Both the position numbers and the translations under genes were made by a program. Shown piece by piece: positions 10,213 to 19,809 of a stretch of 64,000 nucleotides of DNA; position 1 is the first letter of the stretch, and each line of letters opens with the position of its first letter. Origin of the DNA: Spirochaetia bacterium (GTDB lineage: Bacteria; Spirochaetota; Spirochaetia; UBA9216); NCBI GenBank assembly GCA_965140585.1, contig OZ223272.1, positions 96,001 to 160,000 on the forward strand, read 5' to 3'. The notes beneath the pieces are model-generated. The model ran no database searches and was not told the origin of the DNA. It saw only the letters and a program-made list of their open reading frames with translations.

Positions 10213-10233
10213 TGGTATACTGCTGGTATGCCG
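10213..10233. promoter_or_regulatory. Tandem GntR/FadR-type operator (TGGTATACCA-like x2)
   Basis: TGGTATACTG-C-TGGTATGCCG, overlapping a TATACT -10 box; same arrangement at 15967 and 20925. Confidence 0.7.
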
Positions 10234-10899
10234 ACTGGTGAAAAGCAGATGTTTGAAAAGAAAGAATTAAAATCAGATGTTGTGTACAATAAACTTAAAA
10301 ACCTAATTATAGATAATAAACTTCAACAAGGCAGCCCTCTTTCAGAACGAAAAATTTGTGAAATGATTGAAACCAGCAGGACTCCAGTTCGCGAAGCTCT
10401 AAAACGAATGCATAATGAAGGTTTCGTTGATTTTACTCCTGAATACGGAGCTTTTGTTTCAAAGGTAACCTACGACCAGGTTATTCAAGTATACGATATC
10501 AGAGAAATGCTTGAGGCACTAGCAGTGCGTTCATTCACAAAAACCACTAATGAAGTCGAGTTGAAGGTTCTTAACGAGATTTTCGATTCACTCGAGTCTA
10601 CAACAAAAAATCATAATTATTCAGAAAGCCTCGAGATAGATTTGAAATTCCATCACTTCATTATAGATAGATGTAGAAATGAGATGCTTCAAAGATTATT
10701 GAAATCAATCTTTGAACACACTGATAGAATAATCAAACTCACCCATTACAGTGACGAATGGGCATTAGAGTCTATTGAAGCTCACCGTAAAATACTTAAG
10801 GCGATAAACAGCAGAGATCTTGATGAGGTTGAAATTGAAATGCGCCAACACGTAAAACAAGCGCGTGAACGGCAACTACGAAGCTGGATGCAGCATTAA
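10228..10899 (+). CDS. GntR-family (FadR/FCD) transcriptional regulator of the inositol island
   Basis: LSERKICEMIETSRTPVREAL wHTH; FCD features (DLKFH, EH..IL.AI). Start 10228 (leaderless) or 10249. Confidence 0.9.
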   Translation: MPTGEKQMFEKKELKSDVVYNKLKNLIIDNKLQQGSPLSERKICEMIETSRTPVREALKRMHNEGFVDFTPEYGAFVSKVTYDQVIQVYDIREMLEALAVRSFTKTTNEVELKVLNEIFDSLESTTKNHNYSESLEIDLKFHHFIIDRCRNEMLQRLLKSIFEHTDRIIKLTHYSDEWALESIEAHRKILKAINSRDLDEVEIEMRQHVKQARERQLRSWMQH

Positions 10900-10921
10900 A
10901 TACTGCATCCTCTGGCTTTTC

Positions 10922-11761
10922 TTACAGACTGTCCCCGAATAAATCAAGTTTTTTTCTACACAATACAGCCGCATCATCAGGGTTCATGCTGTAAATTTGG
11001 TCATCAAAAAGTTCGAGAGAAAAATAACCCTTGTACCCATTATCTAAAGCACATTTCACCCACCCTGCGGCATCCGCAATACCGTCCCCCGGAAAAACTC
11101 TGGTTTGAGCTACATGAAGTTGTTCATTAGGAAGGTTCGGGGTGTCATCTATGTGAAATAATCCTATATCTGCATCTATACCATCGAGCTGCCTGGAGCC
11201 GAAACCGTTATAATGCAGATTATGAATATCAGGCACAATTGTAAGGTTTTTTAGCCCGTTTCCGGCAAGAACTTCATTAATCTCCTCAGGTTCTCCTATG
11301 ATGAAATCGGGATAGTTTATAGGCTCGAACATGGTTTTAATATTGAAAGAATCAAACTGTTCCTTCACCTGCATAAGTCTCTTTTGATAAAGATTTATGA
11401 TTTTAGTTTTCGGAGGCAGTTCCCCGTATTTAACATTCCATCTTCCGGAAGGGACTACAACAGCAGGACAATCAATGAGAGTACATAACTGGCCAATCAA
11501 ATCCGTCTCAGCCTCTAGCGCTTTCAGATTGCTCTCAGGAACCAGGAAAATATCCTCATAGGCGTTCAGCGACAGTATCTCCAAACCATTACATGCTTTC
11601 TTAAGCTCTGCAACAGAAACAAAGCGCAGCGAATCCTTTAACTTCGCATAACTTATTTCAACCGCTTTAAATCCCGCATCCCTGCATGCGGAAAAATATT
11701 CAATCAAATCACATTGAATAATTGTATTCTCATTTACAGCAAATTGTATATCTAAACTCAT
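10922..11761 (-). CDS. Sugar phosphate isomerase/epimerase (xylose-isomerase-like TIM barrel, IolI/IolH-like)
   Basis: GFKAVE, FEPIN, DIHN, HIDD, RVFPGDG, GYKGYFSLELF. Confidence 0.75.
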   Translation of the reverse strand: MSLDIQFAVNENTIIQCDLIEYFSACRDAGFKAVEISYAKLKDSLRFVSVAELKKACNGLEILSLNAYEDIFLVPESNLKALEAETDLIGQLCTLIDCPAVVVPSGRWNVKYGELPPKTKIINLYQKRLMQVKEQFDSFNIKTMFEPINYPDFIIGEPEEINEVLAGNGLKNLTIVPDIHNLHYNGFGSRQLDGIDADIGLFHIDDTPNLPNEQLHVAQTRVFPGDGIADAAGWVKCALDNGYKGYFSLELFDDQIYSMNPDDAAVLCRKKLDLFGDSL

Positions 11762-11777
11762 ATTATAATCCTGGTAG

Positions 11778-11806
11778 AAAAAATAAGCGGCAGAAAAGTC
11801 TGCCGC
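11778..11806 (-). terminator. Intra-operon hairpin with U-tract before the last island gene
   Basis: GCGGCAGA-loop-TCTGCCGC followed on the minus strand by TTATTTTTT. Confidence 0.55.
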
Positions 11807-11817
11807 AATAGATAGAA

Positions 11818-12876
11818 TTAGAAAGTAAGCATTACCTTTCTTGCAATATCCTTATGATGAACCGCCATATCAAAGGCATCATGGATCTTCTCAAAAGGAA
11901 AATGGTGTGTATTCAGTGCTGCAAAATCATATTTATCTTTAATTGTAGACATGAATCTGATTGTTCGGGGAAACCAAAGTTTTGTTCCACCGGAACCCCG
12001 AATGGTTAAAGTTTTCCATATAACTTTCCCTAACTCGACCGGCACTTTTCGACCTATTGAATGACCAACAACACCAATCCTTGCATTATGTGCAGAAATA
12101 TCAAATATTGATGCTATTCCGATATCATTTCCTGAACACTCAATGACTACGGAGGCTCCTTTCCCATCGGATTCCGCCTTTACCATCTCTTCGATATTTC
12201 CAGCCGCAGGATCAAGAACAACATCTGCACCATATTTTAGAGCGTTTTCCCTTCGTGCTTCTATAGGATCAATAACTATTACTTTTGCCCCGGATTCCTT
12301 GCAGACCATGGCTGCAGTAAGCCCGATAGGACCTCCACCGACAATAGCACATACATCCGAAGCATCCGGATTGCAGCCATTGCCCCAGACTCCCCAGTAT
12401 CCTACATTGAATGTTTCAACCCATGCACCAAGCTCATAATCCCAGTCCTGCGGAATAACATGGGTATATTTCTCTTCAAGGATCATATACTCACCCATTC
12501 CACCGGGAGAATTCGGCATAAACCCTGTCTCACGCATATTCAGACATGCTGAGGGCATTTTATCATCTTTACAATTTGCACAATTTCCGCATGCAAGGAC
12601 ACAGTCGCCGACTATCTTATCCCCAACCTTCACTGAGGTTACCTCGCTTCCAACAGCAGCACATTCACCGGCAAACTCATGCCCCGGGGTATAAGGAGCA
12701 ATATCGTAACGGCCTTCTGCAGAATCGCCCTCGAAGCATTCAACGTCAGATCCGCAGATTCCACATGCTTTCATTTTAAAAAGAACCTGATCGGGTTTTA
12801 GTTCCGGCAGTTCTACTTCTTCTACTCTAAGGTCCTCAGGACCATGTAAAAACGCAATTTTTGCTTTCATATCCAT
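11818..12876 (-). CDS. Zn-dependent medium-chain dehydrogenase (sorbitol/threonine dehydrogenase-like)
   Basis: CGICGSD, PGHE, CGNCANC..C structural Zn site, GGGPIG. Confidence 0.88.
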   Translation of the reverse strand: MDMKAKIAFLHGPEDLRVEEVELPELKPDQVLFKMKACGICGSDVECFEGDSAEGRYDIAPYTPGHEFAGECAAVGSEVTSVKVGDKIVGDCVLACGNCANCKDDKMPSACLNMRETGFMPNSPGGMGEYMILEEKYTHVIPQDWDYELGAWVETFNVGYWGVWGNGCNPDASDVCAIVGGGPIGLTAAMVCKESGAKVIVIDPIEARRENALKYGADVVLDPAAGNIEEMVKAESDGKGASVVIECSGNDIGIASIFDISAHNARIGVVGHSIGRKVPVELGKVIWKTLTIRGSGGTKLWFPRTIRFMSTIKDKYDFAALNTHHFPFEKIHDAFDMAVHHKDIARKVMLTF

Positions 12877-12894
12877 CTCTCCTATTCTGATTTA

Positions 12895-14067
12895 TTAACG
12901 TCTGGGATAATCTGTACTGACCAGAACTTTTCCCGCAGTAATTTTCATACCATCTTCAATGTCTTCCAGGTTGTAACGACCGGTACACATCTTCCTCATA
13001 TCTATACGGCCCGAGGCCATCAGAGCAATAACATCACTATAGATACCTGAACCGGATTGTCCATTTGAACCGATGATGGCTGCCGCATTCCATTGCCAGT
13101 AAAAAGTTTCAACTGGAGTTGCACCTATAGGATGGCTTATCTGTATAGTCTTTCCTCCTATCGCAAGAGCCTTAGCCATTACAGGATATGTAAATTTAGT
13201 AGCACCGGCACACTCTACGAACATTGATATCCCCTGCCCGTTGGTAAGATCCATCAGCATATCAGCCTGCTCAAGAGCATCTTTGTAGTCCTGCGGATTA
13301 AAAACATAATCAGCACCGCAATCCCTGGCTAAAGCCTGTCTTTCAGGAATTGTTTCAAAAACAATTAACTTTGCAGCACCGGCTGTTTTCATTAAAGAGA
13401 TAGCTGATAAACCGATTGGCCCTGCTCCAAATACAACAACATGACCACCTGGACGTATTCCTCCGCCCCTTACAAACAGCCCGTTGTATGCAACTCCGGT
13501 AGGTTCTATCATTGCACCAAGTTCAAAAGCTGTCTTCTTATCACCGTAAAAATTAACGATATCATTCAGAAGGTAACAGTATTTTGCTTTAACTTTTACA
13601 TATTCAGCAAAGCCACCGTCATATGTCAGTCCCGGTTCTTCAAGATTTCTGCACTGGTTGAACATTCCTCGTCTGCAGGCATCACATTCGCCACACCAGT
13701 TCATTGATTCAACACTGACAAGATCACCTTTTCTAAGGCTGGTGACGGCACTTCCGACTTCCACAACTTCGCCTGAAAATTCATGTCCGGTTATGATAGG
13801 GTACTTGGAATGCCCGTCATAAAGAGAATATCCCTGTTCATCCCGCTTAAGCAGATGTGCATCCGTTCCGCAAATACCAGCCGCACCAACTTTTAATATT
13901 ATCTCATCCGGATTACTAATTTTCGGTTCCGGCCTGTCAGTTACGCTTGAACGGATATCCTTCCATATCTGATTACCCCGTAAGGCTCTCTGTGTATTCC
14001 TTTCTTTCTCAGAAACACGGTATCCGTCTTTAGGAACCCAATCAGCCTCTACATAAAAAGCTCTCAT
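12895..14067 (-). CDS. iolM: Scyllo-inosose 3-dehydrogenase (Zn-MDR)
   Basis: N-terminal EADWVPKDGY..SEKE extension, GICGTD, YDGHSKYPIITGHEFSG, ESMNWCGECDAC; next to iolO and iolN. Confidence 0.75.
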   Translation of the reverse strand: MRAFYVEADWVPKDGYRVSEKERNTQRALRGNQIWKDIRSSVTDRPEPKISNPDEIILKVGAAGICGTDAHLLKRDEQGYSLYDGHSKYPIITGHEFSGEVVEVGSAVTSLRKGDLVSVESMNWCGECDACRRGMFNQCRNLEEPGLTYDGGFAEYVKVKAKYCYLLNDIVNFYGDKKTAFELGAMIEPTGVAYNGLFVRGGGIRPGGHVVVFGAGPIGLSAISLMKTAGAAKLIVFETIPERQALARDCGADYVFNPQDYKDALEQADMLMDLTNGQGISMFVECAGATKFTYPVMAKALAIGGKTIQISHPIGATPVETFYWQWNAAAIIGSNGQSGSGIYSDVIALMASGRIDMRKMCTGRYNLEDIEDGMKITAGKVLVSTDYPRR

Positions 14068-14105
14068 TTTGAAGCCTCCACTATTTGTATGATACTAAAA
14101 ACAAT

Positions 14106-14909
14106 TTATAAATATTGCCTGATCGTACTGATAGCAGTCTTTGCACAAGCATAACTATCAGGCAGAGGCAGAACTTCTACCCCAAGATATCTAATATCAG
14201 GTAATTTTTTTGCAGTCTGGATAATTGAACTAAAATCAATATGCCCCATACCGGGAGCCAGCCGGTTACTGTCCGCACAATGCAATGCTCCAATATATTC
14301 CCGGGCGTCTTCAAGGGCTTCAGTAAATGATATCTCTTCAATGTTCATATGGAAAGTATCAGGGAGAATTCTAAGTGCTTTGGAATTAATCTTTTCAGCA
14401 ACTTTCAAAGATTCTTCGACTGTATTAAAAATATTAGCCTCATAGCGATTGATGGATTCAAGGAGCAGAATTACCCCCATCTTTTCCGCGTATTCTACCA
14501 GCTCAGTAACAGCCTCCATGCCCTTTTCATACTGCGCAAGATTTCCTGTATTATCAAGACTGCCCTTTATCCCCCCCAAAATTACATTAGCTGAACTTTT
14601 TGATGCCAGATCAATATGGGATTTTAGCCTTTCAACTGCTCCAACTCTGTGAGCCGTCGCAGAACTGAATAATGAAAGATTATCTTCTATAAAACTCTGC
14701 CCGGTAGCTACTGAGATTAATTCAAGATCATGCTTTTCAAGCATTTTAAAAAGCAGTTCAGAATCAATATCATTTGAAGTCCTCAAGCTTAATTCAATAC
14801 CATCATAACCGAGTTCTTTCAGACTCATGAAACCCTGTTCAAGATCCCCCGCAAACAGCAGGGGACCGAATTTTGTTTTATTTGGAGTTACACTCGCAGC
14901 TATCTTCAT
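14106..14909 (-). CDS. iolO: 5-keto-L-gluconate epimerase-like (IolO) TIM-barrel protein
   Basis: KFGPLLFAGDL, GYDGIEL, VATGQ, ESINRYE, DTFHMNIEE, ADSNRLAPGMGH, EVLPLPD. Confidence 0.75.
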   Translation of the reverse strand: MKIAASVTPNKTKFGPLLFAGDLEQGFMSLKELGYDGIELSLRTSNDIDSELLFKMLEKHDLELISVATGQSFIEDNLSLFSSATAHRVGAVERLKSHIDLASKSSANVILGGIKGSLDNTGNLAQYEKGMEAVTELVEYAEKMGVILLLESINRYEANIFNTVEESLKVAEKINSKALRILPDTFHMNIEEISFTEALEDAREYIGALHCADSNRLAPGMGHIDFSSIIQTAKKLPDIRYLGVEVLPLPDSYACAKTAISTIRQYL

Positions 14910-14917
14910 ATTAAGAC

Positions 14918-15889
14918 CTATGTAGGATACCCGAGAGTATATATATGCTTTCCGCCATTAACCGGGCCTTTAATAACATCCTCAATTTCTTCTTTGTTAC
15001 GCATGGTCATAGCCTCTATCGGCGGAAGTTTTCCAGCTGGATACATTTCCATGATATCGTTATGAAGCTTTTCCAGATAATCAAGAATAGCATAAACACC
15101 GGGTCGGGCCTTCTCTGGATCTGCAAGTGTAGCATCACCCACTACACCTTCAGGTGTTGAAACAACTTCTATAGCTGAAGCACCTACCTGACACCAGAAA
15201 TCAATTGGAGATTCTTCCTTATATACACTGCCTGATTTATTGATATGGCCCTTTGGAAAAATCGACATCGGAGTTGTTTTTTGAGCAAACTCCTGATCAA
15301 TGAGTTCCGGGAAAAGAGCCATTGAGTATGATGTTTCAACTTCATCCGCATGAATAAACGGAGTATCAAAAACACCTCCGTGAGCCTTATCTCTAAGAAA
15401 TTCAGGTATTACAAACCACCAGTTTACATTTACTAATATGGAAGGAACCTGGTATTTTTTAGCAAACTGATGAATCGCGAGAGGAATTACATAATCCTGT
15501 CCATGACCGTTTAAAAGAATAATCTTTCTGAATCCTGAATTCCAGAATCCTGCTATTACCGCCCTGATATATGCGGCTAAATCTTCTTCCGGAACAACGA
15601 TGGTACCCGGCATACCAAGATGATGAAATGGATGAGAGCCGTACCATATTGGTTCCGCAACAGTACACCCAACCTTTTGAGCTATAGCCTCTGCCAGTCT
15701 GGATACAAGAAATGTATCTTCACCTGAACAGGCATTTAAACCATGATTCTCTGTACTGCCTATAGGCAGAATTAGTAAATCATTCTTTTTTAATCTTTCT
15801 TCGATTTGATGACCGTTCATTGTCTGATAGTAAAGACCTGTGGGTCTTTCCATGTGACCGCCTTCCGGCGGTATTGTCCAATTACTCAT
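14918..15889 (-). CDS. iolN: 3-dehydro-scyllo-inosose hydrolase (creatininase family)
   Basis: PIGSTENHG, GEDT, WYGSHPFHH.GMPGT, NGHGQ, PFIHADEVETS, PEGVVG. Confidence 0.85.
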   Translation of the reverse strand: MSNWTIPPEGGHMERPTGLYYQTMNGHQIEERLKKNDLLILPIGSTENHGLNACSGEDTFLVSRLAEAIAQKVGCTVAEPIWYGSHPFHHLGMPGTIVVPEEDLAAYIRAVIAGFWNSGFRKIILLNGHGQDYVIPLAIHQFAKKYQVPSILVNVNWWFVIPEFLRDKAHGGVFDTPFIHADEVETSYSMALFPELIDQEFAQKTTPMSIFPKGHINKSGSVYKEESPIDFWCQVGASAIEVVSTPEGVVGDATLADPEKARPGVYAILDYLEKLHNDIMEMYPAGKLPPIEAMTMRNKEEIEDVIKGPVNGGKHIYTLGYPT

Positions 15890-15966
15890 AACTAACTCCT
15901 TATTATTAGGCTACAGAATCCTGTAAAATTAAGTATCTTGAATATAGTAACCTAATTTCATCTTAC

Positions 15967-15987
15967 TGGCATACCAATTGTATACCA
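15967..15987. promoter_or_regulatory. Tandem GntR-type operator upstream of iolN
   Basis: TGGCATACCA-A-TTGTATACCA. Confidence 0.7.
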
Positions 15988-16030
15988 TAATTTCAAAAGT
16001 CAAGCCTCACAATCCAATAAATTATTTAGG

Positions 16031-17050
16031 CTAAAGTACTTCAGAGATTAAAACTGGTCGGTTTTCCTCTATTGATTTTTTTGCGGCTAAACCCATTACA
16101 ACAGGCATTATTGCATCCTGATACCCGCATGGACTATTTCCACCCTCGTTCAGGTATTTTATGAATCTTGTAACCTCTTCTGCATAGGCATCGAAATATC
16201 TTTCGAGAAAGAAATAATGCGGTTTATCCTGAACAACACCGTCTATAGTACTGGTATATACTCTTGAAGGAGCATCATTTTCAGTTTGACTGCAGCCTTT
16301 GGAACCAAAAACCTCTACACGTTGATCGTATCCGTAAACGGCTTTTCTTGAGTTATCAATTACTCCCAATGCTCCGTTTTTGAACTTAATATTCACTATA
16401 GCTGTATCAACATCACCGGCTTTACCTATCTCTTCATCTATCAGAACAGCTCCGCTTGCGAATATACTTTCAGCCTCACTATCCATGAGGAATCTGGCCA
16501 TATCAAAATCGTGAATCATCATATCCAAGAATAATCCTCCCGAAACTTTCACGTAGGCAAGAGATGGCGGAGCAGGATCTCTTGATGCAATCTTAAGAAG
16601 CTGCGGCTCACCAATTGTTCCTGCATCTATAACATCTTTTATTCTGCTGAAATTATGATCAAATCTTCTGTTAAATCCGATCTGAAATTTTACTCCTGAT
16701 TTTTTAACAATATCGAGAGTTTTCTTTATACGTTCGAGATCAAAATCAACAGGTTTTTCACAAAAAATATGTTTTCCTGCATTGGCTGCACGAATAATCA
16801 AATCTGAATGTGTATCAGTAGATGAACAGATTAGAACCGCTTCAATCTCCATATCAGTAAAAATATCATCCACATTCTTTGAAACATTAGGGACTCCAAT
16901 CTCTGCAGCAAATTCTTTCATCTCACTGTTAAGATACGGATCTGCAATCGTTTTTATAGTGGCACCAGGAATTCGCTGCATAACACTCTTCCCATGCACC
17001 CGTCCTATTTTTCCGGCACCTATCATTCCTAGTATTATTTTCTTCTTCAT
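16031..17050 (-). CDS. iolG: Myo-inositol 2-dehydrogenase (Gfo/Idh/MocA)
   Basis: IGAGKIG, CEKP, GFNRRFD, SRDP, GGLFLDMMIHDFD, YGYDQRVEV. Confidence 0.9.
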   Translation of the reverse strand: MKKKIILGMIGAGKIGRVHGKSVMQRIPGATIKTIADPYLNSEMKEFAAEIGVPNVSKNVDDIFTDMEIEAVLICSSTDTHSDLIIRAANAGKHIFCEKPVDFDLERIKKTLDIVKKSGVKFQIGFNRRFDHNFSRIKDVIDAGTIGEPQLLKIASRDPAPPSLAYVKVSGGLFLDMMIHDFDMARFLMDSEAESIFASGAVLIDEEIGKAGDVDTAIVNIKFKNGALGVIDNSRKAVYGYDQRVEVFGSKGCSQTENDAPSRVYTSTIDGVVQDKPHYFFLERYFDAYAEEVTRFIKYLNEGGNSPCGYQDAIMPVVMGLAAKKSIEENRPVLISEVL

Positions 17051-17053
17051 AGT

Positions 17054-18205
17054 TTATTCTCCCCTAGCCTGTTTTTTACTGGAATAAATATCAAACCATA
17101 CAGCTATTACAAGAATTGCCCCCTTAACCATGTACTGCCAGTAAGCATCAAGATTCATCATGCTCATACCGTTATCAATTGACGCCATAAAGAAAGCACC
17201 TAGAATAGCTCCTGCAACCTTTCCGGAACCGCCATTCATACTTGCACCACCGATTACGGCTGCAGCAATAGCATCAAGTTCCATATTCATACCCGCAGTC
17301 GGAGTACCGGCATTTAATCTTGCAGAGAGAATAATTCCCGCAATTGCAGCCATCATTCCGTTAAGGATGTACACTATAACCAAGTTTCTCTGAACTTTTA
17401 TTCCTGAAAACAAAGTTGCTTCCAGATTTCCACCCATAGCATACACACTTCGGCCAAAAACTGTTTTTTCTGCTATTATGGTAAAAATTACAACAAGTAT
17501 AAGCATTATCAAAACCGGCACAGGCATTCCCTGATAACTATTAAGAATGTAGACAACTCCAAGAACAAGGGCACAAACTATCAGTGTTTTAATGATAAAC
17601 CTGAGCATAGACTCCAAGGCAAATCCATATTTTATTCTTGAACGCCTGTTTAAGATCTGAAGAGCTATAAAAACACCACATACAATGATGCTAAGAATCC
17701 ATCCAACCATTTTGGGCACATACGACTGCCCAAGCATTTTATAAACTTCAGCAAAAGGTGCAATTGAAATACCTTTTGTAATTGCAAGAAGAACACCTCT
17801 GAACATCAACAAACCGCCCAGAGTAACAATAAAAGCAGGTACTCCCAAATATGATATTATAAATCCCTGGATAAAACCGATTGCTATACCACTGATTAAA
17901 ACAATCAATATCGTCCAATAGGGACCTACCCCATTCCAAACATGCAGTGCTGCAGCCATGCCGCCAAGAGCACCCATGACGGATCCTACGGAAAGATCTA
18001 TATTTCCTGTAATTATTACCAAAACCATACCGGTACCAAGAATACCGACTATAGCCATCTGTCTCGTTAAATTAGATATATTTCTGGCAAGAAGAAACTT
18101 ACCATCAGTCATAAATGTAAATAAAATCCAAATAAGAAACAGAGCACCAATCATTACATAATTGCGCAGGTCAATACTCTTTGACTTTAGCTCCTTATCA
18201 GCCAT
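17054..18205 (-). CDS. Sugar ABC transporter permease (XylH/GguB-like)
   Basis: IDLSVGS, VPAFIVTLGG, GRSVYAMGGN, ELDAIAAAVIGGAS. Confidence 0.92.
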   Translation of the reverse strand: MADKELKSKSIDLRNYVMIGALFLIWILFTFMTDGKFLLARNISNLTRQMAIVGILGTGMVLVIITGNIDLSVGSVMGALGGMAAALHVWNGVGPYWTILIVLISGIAIGFIQGFIISYLGVPAFIVTLGGLLMFRGVLLAITKGISIAPFAEVYKMLGQSYVPKMVGWILSIIVCGVFIALQILNRRSRIKYGFALESMLRFIIKTLIVCALVLGVVYILNSYQGMPVPVLIMLILVVIFTIIAEKTVFGRSVYAMGGNLEATLFSGIKVQRNLVIVYILNGMMAAIAGIILSARLNAGTPTAGMNMELDAIAAAVIGGASMNGGSGKVAGAILGAFFMASIDNGMSMMNLDAYWQYMVKGAILVIAVWFDIYSSKKQARGE

Positions 18206-19748
18206 TATTACCTCCAATTGAAGCATTCATTATTTTTTCCTGTGTAGCTTCATGGTATTCAAATTCACCTGTCAACTGGCCTTGACTCATTACAACGATT
18301 CTATCGCTCATCCCCAGAATCTCTTCCATTTCAGATGAGATCATTATGATTACTACACCAGCATCAACCAGGTGATTCATTATTTTATATATTTCGTACT
18401 TTGCGCCTACATCGATACCCCTGGTAGGCTCATCAAGAATTAAAACTTTAGGAGAAGTCATTAAAGCTTTTTGCAGAACTACCTTCTGCTGATTTCCACC
18501 ACTCAGAGTTTTAACTTCAACCTCAACCGAACTGGTCTTAGTCTTTAAATTTTTTACATATTCATTGGTGGTATGAACTTCTTTATTGGCATCAACAAAT
18601 CCGTAGATCGAAATCTTATCCAATGATGCAAGGGTTGTATTCTCCTTAACATCCATACCGAGAACCAAGCCGTATCGTTTTCTGTCTTCAGTTACCAGAA
18701 AAATACCGTTCTTGAGGGCATCAACAGTATTTTCAATTTTGACCTTATTACCATTAATATATACATCACCTTTCTTGGCTCCGGCAAAAGCTCCAAATAT
18801 ACTTGTAAAAAATTCAGTTCTGCCAGCTCCCATTAATCCTGCAACCCCAAGTATTTCACCTTTATAAGCCTTAAGATTAACCTCTTTTATCAGTTGCTTT
18901 CCCGGAACATTAGGATCTTTGACACTGTAATTTCTGATATCAAGAACAAGATCCCCCCTGTTATGTTTTTCACGGGGGAAAAGATTGGAAAGTTCCCGTC
19001 CAACCATCATTGAGATAATATCTTTTTTGGTAATTTTATCTATTACACTGCTGCCAATAGTTTGTCCGTCTCGAATAACCGTAACATCATCAGCAATTCT
19101 CATAACTTCATCAAGTTTATGAGAGATATAAATACAAGTAATTCCCTTAGCCCGCAACCCGTCAATAATACCTAAAAGGGTATCAACCTCTTTTTCAGTC
19201 AATGCAGCCGTCGGTTCATCCAAAATTAAAATTCTGGCATTACGGGCAAGTGCTTTCGCAATTTCTACCAGTTGCTGCTGTCCGATACCCAGGTTAATAA
19301 CCTTTTCATTTGGATCAATCTCATGTCCACTCTTATCAGATTTCCGGCCAAGACCTACCTGCTCAAGAAGCGTTCTTGTTTCTGCAAATATTTTATCCCA
19401 CTGAATGAATCCGTTTTTAACCGGATAATTACCCAGAAAAATATTTTCTCCTACACTTAATTTCGGAATTAACTCCAGTTCCTGATGGATACAGACAATA
19501 CCTTTTTTTTCTGCATATGAGGTGTTCACAAAAGAACAATCTTCACCGTCTACAATTATTTTACCATCATAGGAACCCGCGGGGTGAACTCCACACATAA
19601 CCTTTATTAGCGTTGATTTTCCAGCACCATTTTCACCGCAGATGGCATGTACTGTTGCTTTTCTGACATTCACACTCACGTCATCCAAAGCCACTACTCC
19701 CGGAAAAACTTTGGTGATGTTCTCCATACTTAAGACATAATTGCTCAT
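18198..19748 (-). CDS. Sugar ABC transporter ATP-binding protein, two NBDs (XylG-like)
   Basis: GENGAGKST, LDEPT, LSGGNQQK, DEPTRGIDVGAK. Confidence 0.95.
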   Translation of the reverse strand: MSNYVLSMENITKVFPGVVALDDVSVNVRKATVHAICGENGAGKSTLIKVMCGVHPAGSYDGKIIVDGEDCSFVNTSYAEKKGIVCIHQELELIPKLSVGENIFLGNYPVKNGFIQWDKIFAETRTLLEQVGLGRKSDKSGHEIDPNEKVINLGIGQQQLVEIAKALARNARILILDEPTAALTEKEVDTLLGIIDGLRAKGITCIYISHKLDEVMRIADDVTVIRDGQTIGSSVIDKITKKDIISMMVGRELSNLFPREKHNRGDLVLDIRNYSVKDPNVPGKQLIKEVNLKAYKGEILGVAGLMGAGRTEFFTSIFGAFAGAKKGDVYINGNKVKIENTVDALKNGIFLVTEDRKRYGLVLGMDVKENTTLASLDKISIYGFVDANKEVHTTNEYVKNLKTKTSSVEVEVKTLSGGNQQKVVLQKALMTSPKVLILDEPTRGIDVGAKYEIYKIMNHLVDAGVVIIMISSEMEEILGMSDRIVVMSQGQLTGEFEYHEATQEKIMNASIGGNNG

Positions 19749-19771
19749 CCCTGATAACCCCTTGATAATTT

Positions 19772-19801
19772 TGTATCAGAGGGTTGAATCCCTCTGATAC
19801 A
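19772..19801. terminator. Stem-loop between the SBP and ATPase genes (probable mRNA stabiliser/attenuator)
   Basis: TGTATCAGAGGG-loop-CCCTCTGATACA, 12-bp stem. Confidence 0.6.
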
Positions 19802-19809
19802 GTGTAAAA

